Shown: positions 29,827-42,874, counted from the first letter of the stretch. The stretch is 64,000 nt of DNA from Eledone cirrhosa (GCA_964016885.1 OZ024740.1:438774001-438838000); one strand, 5' to 3'. Notes: generated by a model not told the origin, from the sequence alone. Made by a program: numbers and translations.

Positions 29827-30031
29827 CATGGAACTCTTTTAACCATCTTTTGTTCTTATATATTATATATATATATATATATATATTAAAGAGTTAAACA
29901 AGATTCAATGAGTACATCAAAGAATGAGTTTTACAGTAGATTGGAAGCACTCTACCAAAAAAATAATTTTCCAGAGTTATTAATATTAAAATACAAATAT
30001 TATTAAAATAGATGTTCTTTTGATCAATTAA

Positions 30032-30084
30032 ATTTTATTATACATATTTCAGAGGTACAACAGTAAGTCCTCACCAGACAAAAT
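30032..30084 (-). ncRNA. Hammerhead motif, family B 3' pLTR, core mutated (CTGGTGA)
   Basis: Same fold as 33781-33833 but with an A>G change in the CUGANGA box. Confidence 0.6.
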
Positions 30085-31299
30085 ATAATGATACATGGCA
30101 TACCCTGAGATGCTAAATGGTTAATATTTAATCAAGGTAGTGATTAACCCTAATAATGAGAAAATGCGAAAACGTAATAAATTCAATAGAGGATGTATGA
30201 GTAAGAAAAACGTTGCTTAATGTGACAGCTATAGATATTTTAAAATGTGGGATACTACAAATTGAGATTATCTAGGAAAACGTCTCTTGAACTATAACAG
30301 TTTAGAAGATTTAAAGAGAGGGCGAGATAAAGGGGAGTAATATATGCAGAAAACATTTTTTTCCTTAAGGGCTAAACGGTTAAGTTTCAAAATATTTAAT
30401 TTATGTTATTTTAAGGGTGAAGAATCAAAAGCTTAAGTTTTTTAAAAAGTTGATGGTTATTTATATTTATTAATTTTATAAATTCTATAAATGTATTAAC
30501 ATTTCTAAAATTCTGAATTTTGTGAAGACAAAATTTAATGGATTTACTTGGCCAGCGAAAGGAAAATTTACACATTTGAAAATTTTTCATAAATGTAATC
30601 TTTAACGAAAATTGCCTATAAGAATGTCAACATTTTCGGTATGTAACCCTTATGAGGTACTTATTGTTAGAAATATCTAAACATTTATTGTCAAGTAGTT
30701 AGAGTAATGATTAACGCAGAGTTTTCAGCCACTTATATATATGTGTGGAATTATGGTAATAAATTAATATTTGTTATATTATATTAAATCTCTATATAAG
30801 TTCTACCTTCATGAGAGGAATCAACTCTAAATAATAAATATGCTATTGTACAATATATCTATATTTGCACAAACTATATATTTGCTCAAACTATATATAG
30901 CGTTAAACCACAACGGTAATTATGCTATTATATACTATAGATATATATGCAAAAATAAACAAAATCTGAGATATACGTAACTAATAATATGATTATGTTA
31001 TACAGATACACATATTTGCAAAAATAAAAATTAGGTATAGAGAGATATAATGAATGATTCACAGTTAAAAATAAGTTCCGTAAAAATTTACAGGTTGGAT
31101 ATTTAAACTAAAATTAAAACTTAGATAGGAAAATAAAGATAGAGAAATAATGGTATGGATCAATGTTAATAATATTATGTATATCAACGTGTCAGCGTGT
31201 TATTGAACAAGTGTCATTCATTCGAGCGTTATTCCTACTATAGATAGTTATAAGATAAAGCAATATTAAAGGTCATTAAGGTTTTCAACTGTTGATTAT

Positions 31300-33574
31300 T
31301 TACGTCTAAAAACCAAGTTTAGTGGTTTAGTGTTTTTTTTCTGGTCTTATGGGAGGCTTGGAATGTAGACGTAGCTTTATGAAGGCAATAATTGACTTTT
31401 TTTGTTAATTAGGGTCTCATAGTTATTAATAATCAACAGGGTCTCCATTGTACAGAGCGCGCAGTGATATACTTGAGTTACGGTAAATTCCACAATTCCG
31501 AAGTTTAGTCCAAAGAATGGTGTATTTTAAATTCCTCTCTTTTAATGACCATATGAGCTGTGATAAAGAAGTGGATGATTTCCTCTTGGAGTTCGAAAAT
31601 GAGCATTTATGGTTCGCAAATCTGGCTTTAAATGTAGAAGAAGTCGATCCTTTGTAGTTGTATGTGTTGTGATCAGTTTTTACGGTGCATTTATAAACCA
31701 AATTACTATCTAGACAATTATTTTGCAGAGGGCAATCAGTTTTATTTCTACAATTACATTTTGGTTTAGTATCATTTATGTTAACGCTATTATTAAGATC
31801 ATTATGCTGATTCTGTTTTAGAATTTTAGTGTTTAATTTGGCAATGTTTTGGGCCATATTCATAGTTGTAGAATACGACAATTTAATGGTGTGTCTATTA
31901 AAAATGGAATGGTATTTATGTTGAGTAGGGAAAGAGGTGTCCAAAGCATTAAAGAATAATTTTGCAATTGGTGTTCTAACAGCAACCGAAGCAGGGGGCG
32001 GGGGGGGGGCGAACCATATGACTGATTTAGTTCTAGTTCTTTTCCTCAATTTGTTTGGCGTGTGGGTGTTTGAATTATAATTATTAGAGTTTCGTTTATA
32101 TATGTTATTATTTTTATCAGGATTAAGACTGGAATTATTATCTACATATTCTATATTATTCTCATATCCTGCTCTTTTTAACGCGTTGTTGTAGTATTCA
32201 GCATTTTCGTTAAATATAGCTTTATTGGCTGATATTTTATTAATGCGTTTTTGCACACTATTTACTATAGATTTTTTTTACAGATTTAGGGTGATTGGAA
32301 TGGTTACTAACATAGTTTAAGTTTTCATTGGGCTTATGAATAGCGTAATAAAAGCCAGTGTTTAAGTTAAAGGTAACGTCTAAAAAATTAACTATTTTGG
32401 TACCGTTTTCTACTTCTAACTTAAGGTCATACATTTTAAAGAATTCTATTATACTTTTCTTTACTCTATTTAGTTATATATTGTTTTGTTTGACCACCGT
32501 AAATAAAATGTCGTCCCTATATAAACCACTGGTAATCTCCGGCAGTTTTCTATTTATCATATTTAATATGAAAATTCCCAGAAGATCTGTGATTTGAGCA
32601 GAATCGGATGCCCCCATAGTGATATCAAAGTTTCTATCTCTATCTGAGCGGGTCCAATATTCATTGTTGTAGTTAATAAGAGTTCTTCTGGCTGTTATTA
32701 TGATATCAATTTCATCCGTGGTTAAATCAGTATGCTTATAAGCATATGACAGAGCCTTATTTAGAAGGTTAGGTGTTATGGAAGAATAGTTGCTTGTTAT
32801 GTCCATGTGTGTGAGTTTATGGTTTTTCTTATCATCTATATTCCTGTACCATTCTATGACTTTATTTGTATCTTTCCACAAGCTCAAATTAGATCTCAAT
32901 TTAAGAGTGGGTAAGATTCTATCGATGATGTTTTTACTGATTACTCCAATATTCGATTTCGATGGAGCAATCAATCTAACTGGCATCTCTTCCTCAAAGT
33001 TTCTTTTGTGATCCTTTAAGTTAATCCTCGGCTGCCTAGGTATAAATGGCTCGGTTCTTCCTTCTATTCCTAAATTGGTAATTTATTTATAGGCATCTTC
33101 GTTAATTTCAGTAAGATCATCAGCCGGGGCTTTTTAATAATTTATCCTACGTTCCTTTAAAATCAAGTTGTGATATTCATCTTTGTTTATCCCATATAAA
33201 TTATTAGTTTTGTCCGATTTAACCAATACTTTGTTAACTTTTTTAATTTCCGTGATTTTTTCTTTTAGAGTTCTAAGGTATTGGTGACCTATATATGGGT
33301 TTTTCCTAAATTTAATTTTTTTAATTATACCAAGAATTTCTGTTTCAAAATCCTCCAGGAGTTTGTTGTATGGAGGATTCTTTCTTGATTTCAATAAAGA
33401 TGCAAAATGATTGTTGTTGGTTTTTCTTTCAGCATCTTTATTTTCGAAATGAAATGCTCGCCATCTCAATCTTCTAATAAAAGAATTTGTCTGTCAGATA
33501 GTTTTCTTCATGTATTCTTCATTTGAAGGTATGGGTATATCTTTGAGGGAAGTCGGGAAGTTTAAGAAATCCAT
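31300..33574 (-). pseudogene. PLE polyprotein pseudogene: reverse transcriptase plus C-terminal GIY-YIG endonuclease
   Basis: ATG at 33574, MDFLNFPTSLKDIPIPS...RRLRWRAF; LKDHK; ITMGASDSAQ; GLYRDD; NFLDVTFNL; CNCRNKTDCPL; LVYKC..YKGSTS..FKARF; HCALC. In-frame stops at 33494, 33134, about 33085 and 32474; frameshifts near 32275 and 31470. The 3' end is approximate. Confidence 0.93.
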
Positions 33575-33780
33575 ATTTATTGAATATGCAATCTATTGTA
33601 TAGAAAAGCGCTCAACCAGTTGGGAGCAGTATATATTAAAGAGTTAAACAAGATTCAATGAGTACATCAAAGAATGAGTTTTACAGTAGATGGGAAGCAC
33701 TCTACCGAAAAATAATTTTCCAGAGTTATTAATATTAAAATACAAATATTATTAAAATAGATGTTCTTTTGATCAATTAA

Positions 33781-33833
33781 ATTTTATTATACATATTTCA
33801 GAGGTACAACAGTACGTCCTCATCAGACAAAAT
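33781..33833 (-). ncRNA. Minimal hammerhead ribozyme, family B 5' pLTR
   Basis: ATTTTGT-CTGATGA-GGACGTACTGTTGTACCTCT-GAAA-TATGTA-TA-ATAAAAT. Confidence 0.82.
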
Positions 33834-34634
33834 ATAATGATACATGACATACCCTGAGATGTTAAATGGTTAACATTTAATCAAGGTAGTGATTAACCTA
33901 AGAGAAAACTCAACATTTATACCCTAATAATGAGAAAATGCGAAAACGTAATAAATTCAATAGAAGATGTATGAGTAAGGAAAACGTTGCTTAATGTGAC
34001 AGCTATAGAGATTTTAAAATGTGGGATACTACAAATTGAGATTATCTAGGAAAACGTCTCTTGAGCTATAACAGTTTATGAAGATTTAAAGAGAGGGCGA
34101 GATAAAGGGGAGTAATATATGCAGAAAACATTTTTTTCCTTAAGAGCTAAACGGTTAAGTTTCCAAATATTTAATTTATGTTATTTTAAGGGTGAAGAAT
34201 CAAAATTTTATGTTTTTTTTTAAGTTGATGGTTATTTATATTTATTAATTTTATTAATTCTATAAATGTATTACCATTTCTAAAATTCTGAATTTTGTGA
34301 AGACAAAATTTAATGGATTTACTTGGCCAGCGAAAGGAAAATTTCCACTGTTGAATATTTTCTTAAATGTAATCTTTAACGAAAATTACCTATAAGAATG
34401 TCAACATTTTCGGTATGTAAAGCTTATGAAGTACTTATTGTTAGAAATATCTAAACATTTATTGTCAAGTAGTTAGTGTAATGATTAACGCAGAGTTTTC
34501 AGCCACTTATATATATGTGTGGAATTATGGTAATAAATTAATATTTGTTATATTATATTAAATCTCTATATAAGTTCTACCTTCATGAGAGGAATAAACT
34601 CTAAATAATAAATATGCTATTGTACAATATATCT

Positions 34635-35186
34635 TTAGCAGTATTAGTTGTAGATGTTATCGCCACTTTAGCGGGGTGGTAGAATCAGTAGTCGTTAGTT
34701 GCCAGTGTGGTAAGTGATAGTATCCTCGTTGGATTATCTTGTTGACATAGACGTGAGGGAAGGTCCCTCGATCTATTTACCATCTATTTACAATATTCCT
34801 TTCGTCAGGTCGCCAATTCCAGCAGCATGGATTAAAGATGTCATGGAGACACGAGTAACATAACAACGACTTCAACCGCAGTAATTAGAGATGAAATGTT
34901 TGTTTATTTATATGGTTGAAGTTACAGATACAAAGAGGTTACCAAATGGAATGTGCCATTGCGCCGTTAAGCCGGCGAGGCTAGTGGTGCAATATCTCAC
35001 TGTTACATTATGCGTGTTGCTGGCTTGAAGTTTCCGGTACAAGCTAGAGATTCTTCAAATCTTCGCGGGGAATTTCTTCCTCAGGGCGCGTAGGGATACA
35101 TCCTCTTCTACTGGCGCTGATTGGCTGAACTGAGCCAAATCACGCACAGAGAATGTATGTGAGCCCGCGGAATGTAGGTCACTACA
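34635..35186 (-). mobile_element. 552-bp solo-LTR-like insertion with 5-bp TSD TATCT
   Basis: Absent from the paralogous pLTR at 30850-30870. TATCT at 34630-34634 and 35187-35191. Ends are TTAG.../...CTACA (a TGTAG...CTACA pair lacking one G). AATAAA on the minus strand near 34905. Confidence 0.75.
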
Positions 35187-35230
35187 TATCTATATTTGCA
35201 CAAACTATATATAGCGTTAAACCAATATAT

Positions 35231-35283
35231 ATTTTGTCTGATGAGGACGTACTGTTGTACCTCTGAAATATGTATAATAAAAT
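35231..35283 (+). ncRNA. Minimal hammerhead ribozyme in the inverted pLTR of B
   Basis: CTGATGA 35238-35244, GAAA 35265-35268, stem I ATTTTGT/ATAAAAT. Confidence 0.84.
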
Positions 35284-35446
35284 TTAATTGATCAAAAGAT
35301 CATCTATTTTATTAATATTTAAAAAAAATATTAATAACTCTGGAAAATTATTTTTCTTGTAGAGTGCTTCCAATCTACTGTAAAACTCATTCTTTGATGT
35401 ACTCATTGAATCTCGTTTAACTCTTTAATATATATATATATATATA

Positions 35447-38195
35447 ATATAAGATCAAAAGATGGTTAAAAGAGTTCCATGTATTTTATTATGCGCATTT
35501 CAAAAACAAATATCATCACGAGATGAATTTTGCGTTTTTGTCAGATAAAATAGGGATACATGATATGAAGGTTAAAAAACACTTGTGAATAGTGCAGTTT
35601 TAAATCAACATATGAAAACTAATTTAAGATTGATGTGTGATATTGGGAAAAAAATGAGGGCGGGGGTGGAAAGGATGAAAAAGAGGAGGAGATGAGAGTA
35701 AAGAATGGTGGGGGAGGAGTATAATAAGGAAGGAGGAGATAGGAGGAGAGATGGGTGATAGAAAGAGAGAGATAGCCTTTATAACTGAGACGAAATATAT
35801 ACTGTTTCACAGAGAGAGGTTAAAAAGCCGTTAGAAGATAATATATTATTTAAAAGAATTTGAAAATTGATGAAGAGAAAAAATTAAGAATAATATTAAA
35901 TTAAGGTTTGTATATTGAATTGTTTAATAATATGTGCGATGAAAAGAAATTGTTATTATGTATTATTAAAATATTAATGTTATTAAGGATATAAAGTGAA
36001 AAGAAGTAGAAGAGTGGATGAATTATGAATTTAGAGGAATTAGTTAGTGTTTAAGTTTGTTTTACGTAATGTAATATGTATGCGTAATATATGTAAATAG
36101 TTTGTTTACAAATGAGCGCAGAAAGCAAAGAAGAAAATAGTGTTTAAGGAAGAGAAGACTTTAACATCAAAATATATATGTTTATGAAGTAATTTCTAAT
36201 GGTAATAATATAATGTAATAAAGGAGATTAGTTAGGGTTTAAGTTTGTTTTTATGTATTGTGATATGTAATATGTAACAGTCAGACGAGCATGAAAGTGA
36301 GAAAAATATAATGAACTGAGGAGAAATAATCTAACGTCAAAAAAATGTTTATGTTTACGAAGGATTTTTAAAGTTAATGCTATAAAGTATTTAAAAGGTA
36401 ATAATAACATTTTAAGGCCAATGGTATGAAGAAATATGGAAGAGTGGATATGTTGTTGTGAGTAATAATAAAAATTGAGAAGTATTTAGGAAGAAAAAGT
36501 ACAGATTAGAGTTTAGAAATTAAAAGAAAAGAGGAAGAAAGGAAATTGATAAATAGGAATTATATATAGTGAGTAACTAGTATTATATAATGTATAATAA
36601 AAAAGAAATTGAAATAAGGTAGAAAGATGGGTATATTTTTAAAGAAATATATATATAAGCCTTTGAGAAAAAGGACTTTAAACTGGTAAAGTATTAGATA
36701 TTAGCTGTATACTTTATGGAATGTTCTGTGGAATTTATGCAAGCAGAGAGAAAATAAGTCAGTGCGTCTATTTATTATAGAATCTAAATTAGATATAATG
36801 GTAAATTTCTCACATAAACAAAGATTACACGTTCTGGATAGGGAGGCATTCAAGTAGGGAAAGGCAGAACAAACTTTCCTCCAAGAGATGTTATAGTTAA
36901 TATTTTTGTCTTTCAAGGACCATATGAGTTCTGAGAGTGCCGTGTTGGTTCTTTTAAGTTGGTATTTAAAAGAAGAATTGTGATTATAAAAACGAGCTTT
37001 GAAGGAGGTGGAAGTGGAACCGAAATAGGTAAAGGAATTGGTATCAGTTATAACTTTACATTCATAGACTAAGTTTTTTTCAAGACAATGGTTGTTGAGA
37101 GGACATTTATTTTTAACAGAGCAATTACAATTGCGATTAGAGAAATTAACAGAGTTATTAACAAGTAACCTAGTGTTATCTATAGGAGGAATTGGATTGG
37201 AGAAGTTATTTACGATAGGAATAATAGTTTCCTGATTTAGATTGGTATTAAGAACATTTGACGAAGTTACGTTTGACGTCGTATTTGGGTTTGCAGAAAC
37301 TAGCCTAAATTTAACAATGACGTCGGGAGTACTACTGCTATTATTATGACATTCAGTGTTGGAAGGAAGTGATTTAGTATTTAATATTTTATTGTTGTGT
37401 TTAGAGATAATGTTGGAGATGTTGGAGGAGGTGAAATAGGAAAATGTTATTGTATGTTTGTTAAATATTTTACTATAGATATGTGAGAGAGGGAAGCATT
37501 TATTTAAGGCACTAAAGAATAATTTAGGAATATTATTATTAATAGAAATAGAGAAAGGAGCATTATACCAGATTATATTTTTGTATCTAGGTCTTTTATT
37601 TAAGTTATTGGAATGATCGTATTTAATTATTTTACTGTAAGATCTTCTGGGATTGGTTTCTTTACTGTATTTGATTTTATCAGGATAACCGGCTTTAGAA
37701 AGCACATTATTATAGTAATTGGCGTTAGCATCAAAGATATTTTTTATTAGATGATAGGTTTGATATTCTTTTTCCAATATTACTAACTATAGCATTTTTA
37801 ATGTTAGTGGGGTGGTTAGATTTAAAATTAACATAATTTAGATTCTCATTGTTTTTATGGTAAGGGTAATATAGGCCACTGTCAAGATTAAGGGATATAT
37901 CCAAGAAGTTAGCTAGTTTGACGTTGTTATCAAATTTAATTTTTAAGTTATGTTGGTTAAAGAGATCACGTATATTGTTCTTAATAATATTAAGGTTAAC
38001 TATGTTGCAATTTAAGATAGTAAAAAGTCCATCGTCCCGATAAATTCCACCGCGAAGTTGAGGAATTTTCCGATTTAAGGAATTCAAAATAAAGATACCA
38101 ATTAAATCAGTCAATTGCGATGAATCGGATGCACCCATTGTGCTACTTATCCGATATCTGCATTGCTTTATTGTACTACAATAAAACTCACCTCC

Positions 38196-38197
<2 letters not shown>
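35447..38197 (-). mobile_element. Penelope-like element, family A copy 2, truncated within RT, with a 58-bp inverted tail at its 5' end
   Basis: Homologous to A1; RT/EN ORFs; hammerhead at 35482-35552 has a mutated core (CTGACAA); 38140-38197 is the reverse complement of 27963-28020. Confidence 0.92.
36701..38142 (-). pseudogene. PLE RT (C-terminal half) plus GIY-YIG endonuclease, one frameshift near 37750
   Basis: MGASDSSQ, GIYRDDGL, NFLDISLNL, SNHP, IIWYN, CNCSVKNKCPL, LVYEC..YFGSTS..FKARF, CNLCLCEK. Confidence 0.93.
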
Positions 38198-38262
<65 letters not shown>

Positions 38263-38419
38263 GCATAGCTGTTTATTTATAAGGTTGGTGGCATGATTCA
38301 ACTAAGAATATCCGCCATAATAAGACGCTATGTGTATTATCATATTTCTCTTTGTAATTCTTTAAACTTTACACACTCAAACATAAAAACATTAATGTAT
38401 GTCTCAAGTCCGGTGGCAT

Positions 38420-38652
38420 TTTAGACCGGTTGCTTATCCCGGTCTCCTTTGCGATACGCAACTGAAAGTAGAAGACTCCTGCCCCCTGGACAGGACACTA
38501 GTCCAACTCGGGGTTACATTCCCATCCACTGCTAGTACTCATTTTCAACCGCGTATACTGGAGCAACGTGAAATGAAATGTTTGGCTCAAGAACAAACAT
38601 TCCAGTCCAGGATTCGAACCCACGATATCATGATCGTAAGTCCAATCACTAA
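38420..38652 (-). mobile_element. tRNA-derived SINE, second family (CORE-like segment)
   Basis: B-box GGTTCGAATCC on the minus strand; CTGGAGCAACGTGAAAT segment shared with 48160-48307. Confidence 0.65.
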
Positions 38653-38702
38653 GGTATGGAAATCAATGGAAATCAATGGAAATCAATGACAATTCTTTCC
38701 AA

Positions 38703-38820
38703 AATAAGCACAAAGCCAGCAATTGATGGGCGAAGAAAAGTTGATTAAATTGACCCCCGTATTTAACTGGTAGTGTATTTTAGTGACACCATGAGGATAA
38801 AAGACAAATTTGACCTTGGT
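38703..38820 (-). mobile_element. Diverged SINE 3' part (family 1)
   Basis: Aligns by eye with 58911-59026 (GCACAAAGCCAGCAATT...GACCCC...ACTGGTA). Confidence 0.65.
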
Positions 38821-38823
38821 GAG

Positions 38824-39393
38824 AATGGTGATGATGACAATGTTGATGATGGTGGTGATGGTGATGATGGTGATGATGACAATGATGATGATGATGGTGA
38901 TGGTGGTGATGATGGTGATGATGGTGATGGTGATGATGATGGTGATGATGGTGATGGTGGTGATGATGGTGATGATGGTGATGATGGTGATGATCGTGAT
39001 GATGGTGATGATGATGGTGGTGATGGTGATGATGGTGATGATGATGATGGTGATGGTGGTGATGGTGATGATGGTGATGGTGATGGTGATGATGGTGATG
39101 GTGATGATGGTGATGATGGTGATGGTAGTGATGATGGTGATGGTGGTGATGGTGATGATGATGGTGATGATGGTGATGATGATGATGGTGATGATGATGA
39201 CATCGATGATGTTGATGATGGTGATGATGACAATGATGATAATGATGATGGTGATGATGATGGTGATGGTGGTGATGATGGCAATGGTGATGATGGTGAT
39301 GATGGTGATGGTGGTGATGGTGATGGTGATGATGGTGATGATGATGATGATGATGGTGATGGTGATGGTGATGGCGATGGTGATGGTGATGAT
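38824..39393. repeat. (GAT/GGT)n trinucleotide array
   Basis: Directly visible; source of the poly-D/G, poly-H and poly-S/P ORFs. Confidence 0.97.
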
Positions 39394-39598
39394 GAATACA
39401 ATAATGTCTAATCAAACAAAAAACAAGGTAAAACATCTCTGAGAAGGAATATTACATGTTTATTCCACAGAAGCTCTCGTGAAATTAAAACATTTCAATT
39501 GGCCCAAAGCGAGGTGGAAACGAGTGCATTTCTATAATGGCGGCAGCTTAATATACGGTCGAGTTTATCACACACTCTCACACATTAACTGGTGTTTA

Positions 39599-39777
<179 letters not shown>

Positions 39778-40039
39778 GTGTGTATGTGTGTGTGTGTGTG
39801 CAGCTATATATATGTATTATTCTCGATCTCTCACTCTATAACTTCTTCTAGAATGGGAGAAGATACACCAGGTTTATATGGCTATGTTACGACGGTGCCT
39901 ATACGATTCCTCCAAGAAGACTGGCGGATAGAATGCTGCAGAGTACAGTGGGTTTTCTATAACTGAGATAGTATAAGTAGCTATAAGTAGAGTTGAATAT
40001 TTGATCACACTGTTGCTACATTATTTTACTTTATATGAT

Positions 40040-40153
40040 GTCAAATCCCGCCGAAGTTAACTTTGCCTTTCATCATTACGGGGTCGGTAATATAAAGTAC
40101 CAGTAATACACTGTGATAATTGCTGGCCTTGTGTCAAAAGTAGAAACAATTAT
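40040..40153 (+). mobile_element. SINE fragment (family 1)
   Basis: TTTGCCTTTCATCATTACGGGGTCGG...AAGTACCAG...GGCCTTGTGTCAAAAGTAGAAACAAT; matches 63113-63223. Confidence 0.8.
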
Positions 40154-40284
40154 TTTCCTTGACATTGTTTTCTTTCATTTACCTTCATTTCCCCTTCGTC
40201 ATATCTTCCACTACCAACTTTTAAAGAGTTTCTCAGTCATTTACTATATCTCACAATACTTCGTCTTCACTACACTTACTCTTT

Positions 40285-40608
40285 TCTATAGGAGCTACTT
40301 CTAACAATTTTAAGGTAAGATTTAATACCCACAAACATAGTTTTAAAAATACCGCACTAGCTAATACAACATCTCTATCAGAAAAAATTAATAGTTATAG
40401 AAAGAGGAATATAGAATATGACATGACCTGGAGTGTGCTCAAAAGAGCCACCCCTTATCAAAATAGTAGAAATGAATGTAGATTGTGTTCCCAAGAACTT
40501 TTCGAAATAATGAAATCTAAGGATATCCTATTAAATAAGCGACAGGAATTAATAATATCGTGTAATCATAAACTGAGAAAAACATTTAAATATTATAAAC
40601 CTAATTAA
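40285..40608 (+). pseudogene. PLE GIY-YIG endonuclease 3' fragment
   Basis: IGATSNNFKVRFNTHKHSF...TSLS...MTWSVLKRATPY...CRLCSQE...LLNKRQELIISCNH. Confidence 0.85.
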
Positions 40609-41255
40609 TATACATTTTAGAAATTAATATATAAATTAATTTTAATGTAGTTAACCTATAATTTTAATTTAGTTAACCTTTAATTAAAATTCTACTACAG
40701 ATGAAATACAAAATATCGTGTAATCATAAACTGAGAAAAACATTTAAATATTATAAACCTAATTAATATACACTTTAGAAATTAATATATAGATTAATTT
40801 TAATTTAGTTAACCTATTATTAAAATTCTACTACAGATGAAATACAACAAAATATCGTGTAATCATAAACGGAGAAAAACTTTTAAATATTATAAACCTA
40901 ATTAATATACACTTTAGAAATTAATATATAGATTAATTTTAATTTAGTTAACCTATAATTTTAATTTAGTTAACTTATAATTAAAATTCTACTACAGATG
41001 AAATACAACATATCGTGTAATCATAAACTGAGAAAAACATTTAAATATAAACCTAATTAATATACACTTTAGAAATTAATATATAGATTAATTTTAATTT
41101 AGTTAACCTATAATTAACATTCTACTACAGATAAAATACAAAATTCTGCTTTAAATATTATAAACCTAATTAATATGCACTATAGAAATTAATATATAAA
41201 CTATTTTTAATTTAGTTAACCTATAATTAATATTCTACTACCGATGAACTACATA
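40555..41255. repeat. Tandem amplification (139-158 bp units, about 4.6 copies) of the PLE ORF end and 3' UTR
   Basis: ATATCGTGTAATCATAAAC starts at 40555, 40713, 40852 and 41010; partial copy from about 41150. Confidence 0.9.
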
Positions 41256-41409
41256 ATTTGGCTTTCCTTCTTACAAATATCATTTCCTAAAACTGATACC
41301 ATTAAGTAAACACATATAAAGCTTTAACTTCAGGTTATGACTCTGTGTTCCTTGAAACCTATATATTTACTATTTCCCACTAATAATTTTAATCCCCCCC
41401 CCCAATAAT

Positions 41410-41810
41410 TATATGTATATGTAAGCGTTGATGTGTGTATGTATATATAAGTGTGTATGTATGTATGTGTGTATGTATGAGAGTGTAAAAATACATATAT
41501 ATGTATGTGTAGATATATGTATATATATGTATATATGTGTATATGTGTGTGACTGTGTATATGTGTGTGTATGTGTATATATATGTATGTCTGTGTGTGT
41601 GTGTGTGTGGTTGTATATGTACATGTGTATGTGTGTATATATATATATGTATATATATATGTATGGGTATATGTTTTACTTATTTTTATGCGTGTGCATG
41701 CAAACAGGTCAATATGCGTGAGTGTAAGTATGTGTTTGTGTGTGTGTGTGTGTATGTACGTATCGAACGTATGGATGTGTAAGTGTGCGTGTGTATATAA
41801 GCATGTATAT
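41410..41810. repeat. Compound TG/TA microsatellite
   Basis: Directly visible. Confidence 0.9.
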
Positions 41811-42659
41811 TTTTGCGTTTCTTTTGTGAGACATGCGTGTCTGTGTATGTATGTACCCTTTTTTGTCTTCTTTTCTTTAGTTTTTTCTTTCTAAAATTTT
41901 TCTTTCTCTCTAATTTGTTGTTACATTTTTATAAATATATCGAGATTGATACTTTCCTTTAATTATTACACTCCCTTACCTCTTTTACTTCCGCATCTAA
42001 GTGTACGTGGGTGTAGGCGTGTTTATGCGCGCGCCTTCATATTCATATACTTATGATGTATCTATTTTGTCTGTAGATTACAGACATACAGATACATTTG
42101 CCCTAAATTTTAGGTTTACACACACTTTTTCACTATACGTATACATATGTGCATACACATATATGCACATCTGTGAGCGTATTTACATACATATACACAC
42201 ACCTAACTATATTTCTTGATAGATTTTTATATATTTCAATCTCTATTTCATTTGTCTATTCAAAACCTGTTCCCAAACAGACCTATTGTATTGAATCTTT
42301 GTTCTTATCAATAAACAAGCATCATTATTTCTGAAGACAGCATATATATGTGAAGGTATGTATATTCCTTCTGATAGTTTGTATAAATATTGTACATAGA
42401 TCTATAGAATATGCATACCAATTCTAACACATATATGTCCTAGAAACGATCGTAAAATAATGAACTTTTTTTGTTTAATATAAGGAACTGTTTCTTTGTT
42501 TATTCATTATTTTTTTTAATAATTTATCTTGAATCTGTTTTCCGTTTATTTTTCACCGAAAGTAGTTTTTGAATGCATCTTTTCTTTTCATGATATCCGG
42601 ATTACATTGAGTTCTTCATACGGATTGGACACTACCGTAAACTTTTGGTAGATTTATCT

Positions 42660-42810
42660 ACATATATATATATATATATATACATATGTGTATATGTATA
42701 TATATACATATATATATGTATGTATATATACATATATACATATACATATATATTTATATATATATATATGTATATATATACATATATATTTATACATATA
42801 TATACATATG

Positions 42811-42874
<64 letters not shown>

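Larger units (their letters stand above)
27963..29862 (-). mobile_element. Penelope-like element, family A copy 1, 5'-truncated, with inverted pLTR at 29620-29862
   Basis: Minus-strand GIY-YIG C-terminal remnant; 3' region homologous to 35447-37295; 29620-29862 is the reverse complement of about 28046-28282; TA runs on both sides. Confidence 0.9.
29884..35428 (-). mobile_element. Full-length Penelope-like element, family B: 3' pLTR (from 29884), ORF, 5' direct pLTR (33634-35224, interrupted) and inverted pLTR (35227-35428)
   Basis: About 1-kb direct repeat 29884-30910 vs 33634-35224 (minus the insert); inverted copy of the terminal 200 bp; RT+EN ORF in between; TA flanks. Confidence 0.93.

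Noticed and set aside
33494-33496. In-frame TGA as selenocysteine, as reported for some Naiad PLEs
   Set aside because: The same ORF has several TAA stops and frameshifts, its endonuclease is C-terminal, and no SECIS was identified; simple decay suffices.
38763-39442. Asp/Gly-rich, poly-His or Ser/Pro protein
   Set aside because: Trinucleotide microsatellite open in multiple frames and directly abutting a SINE remnant.
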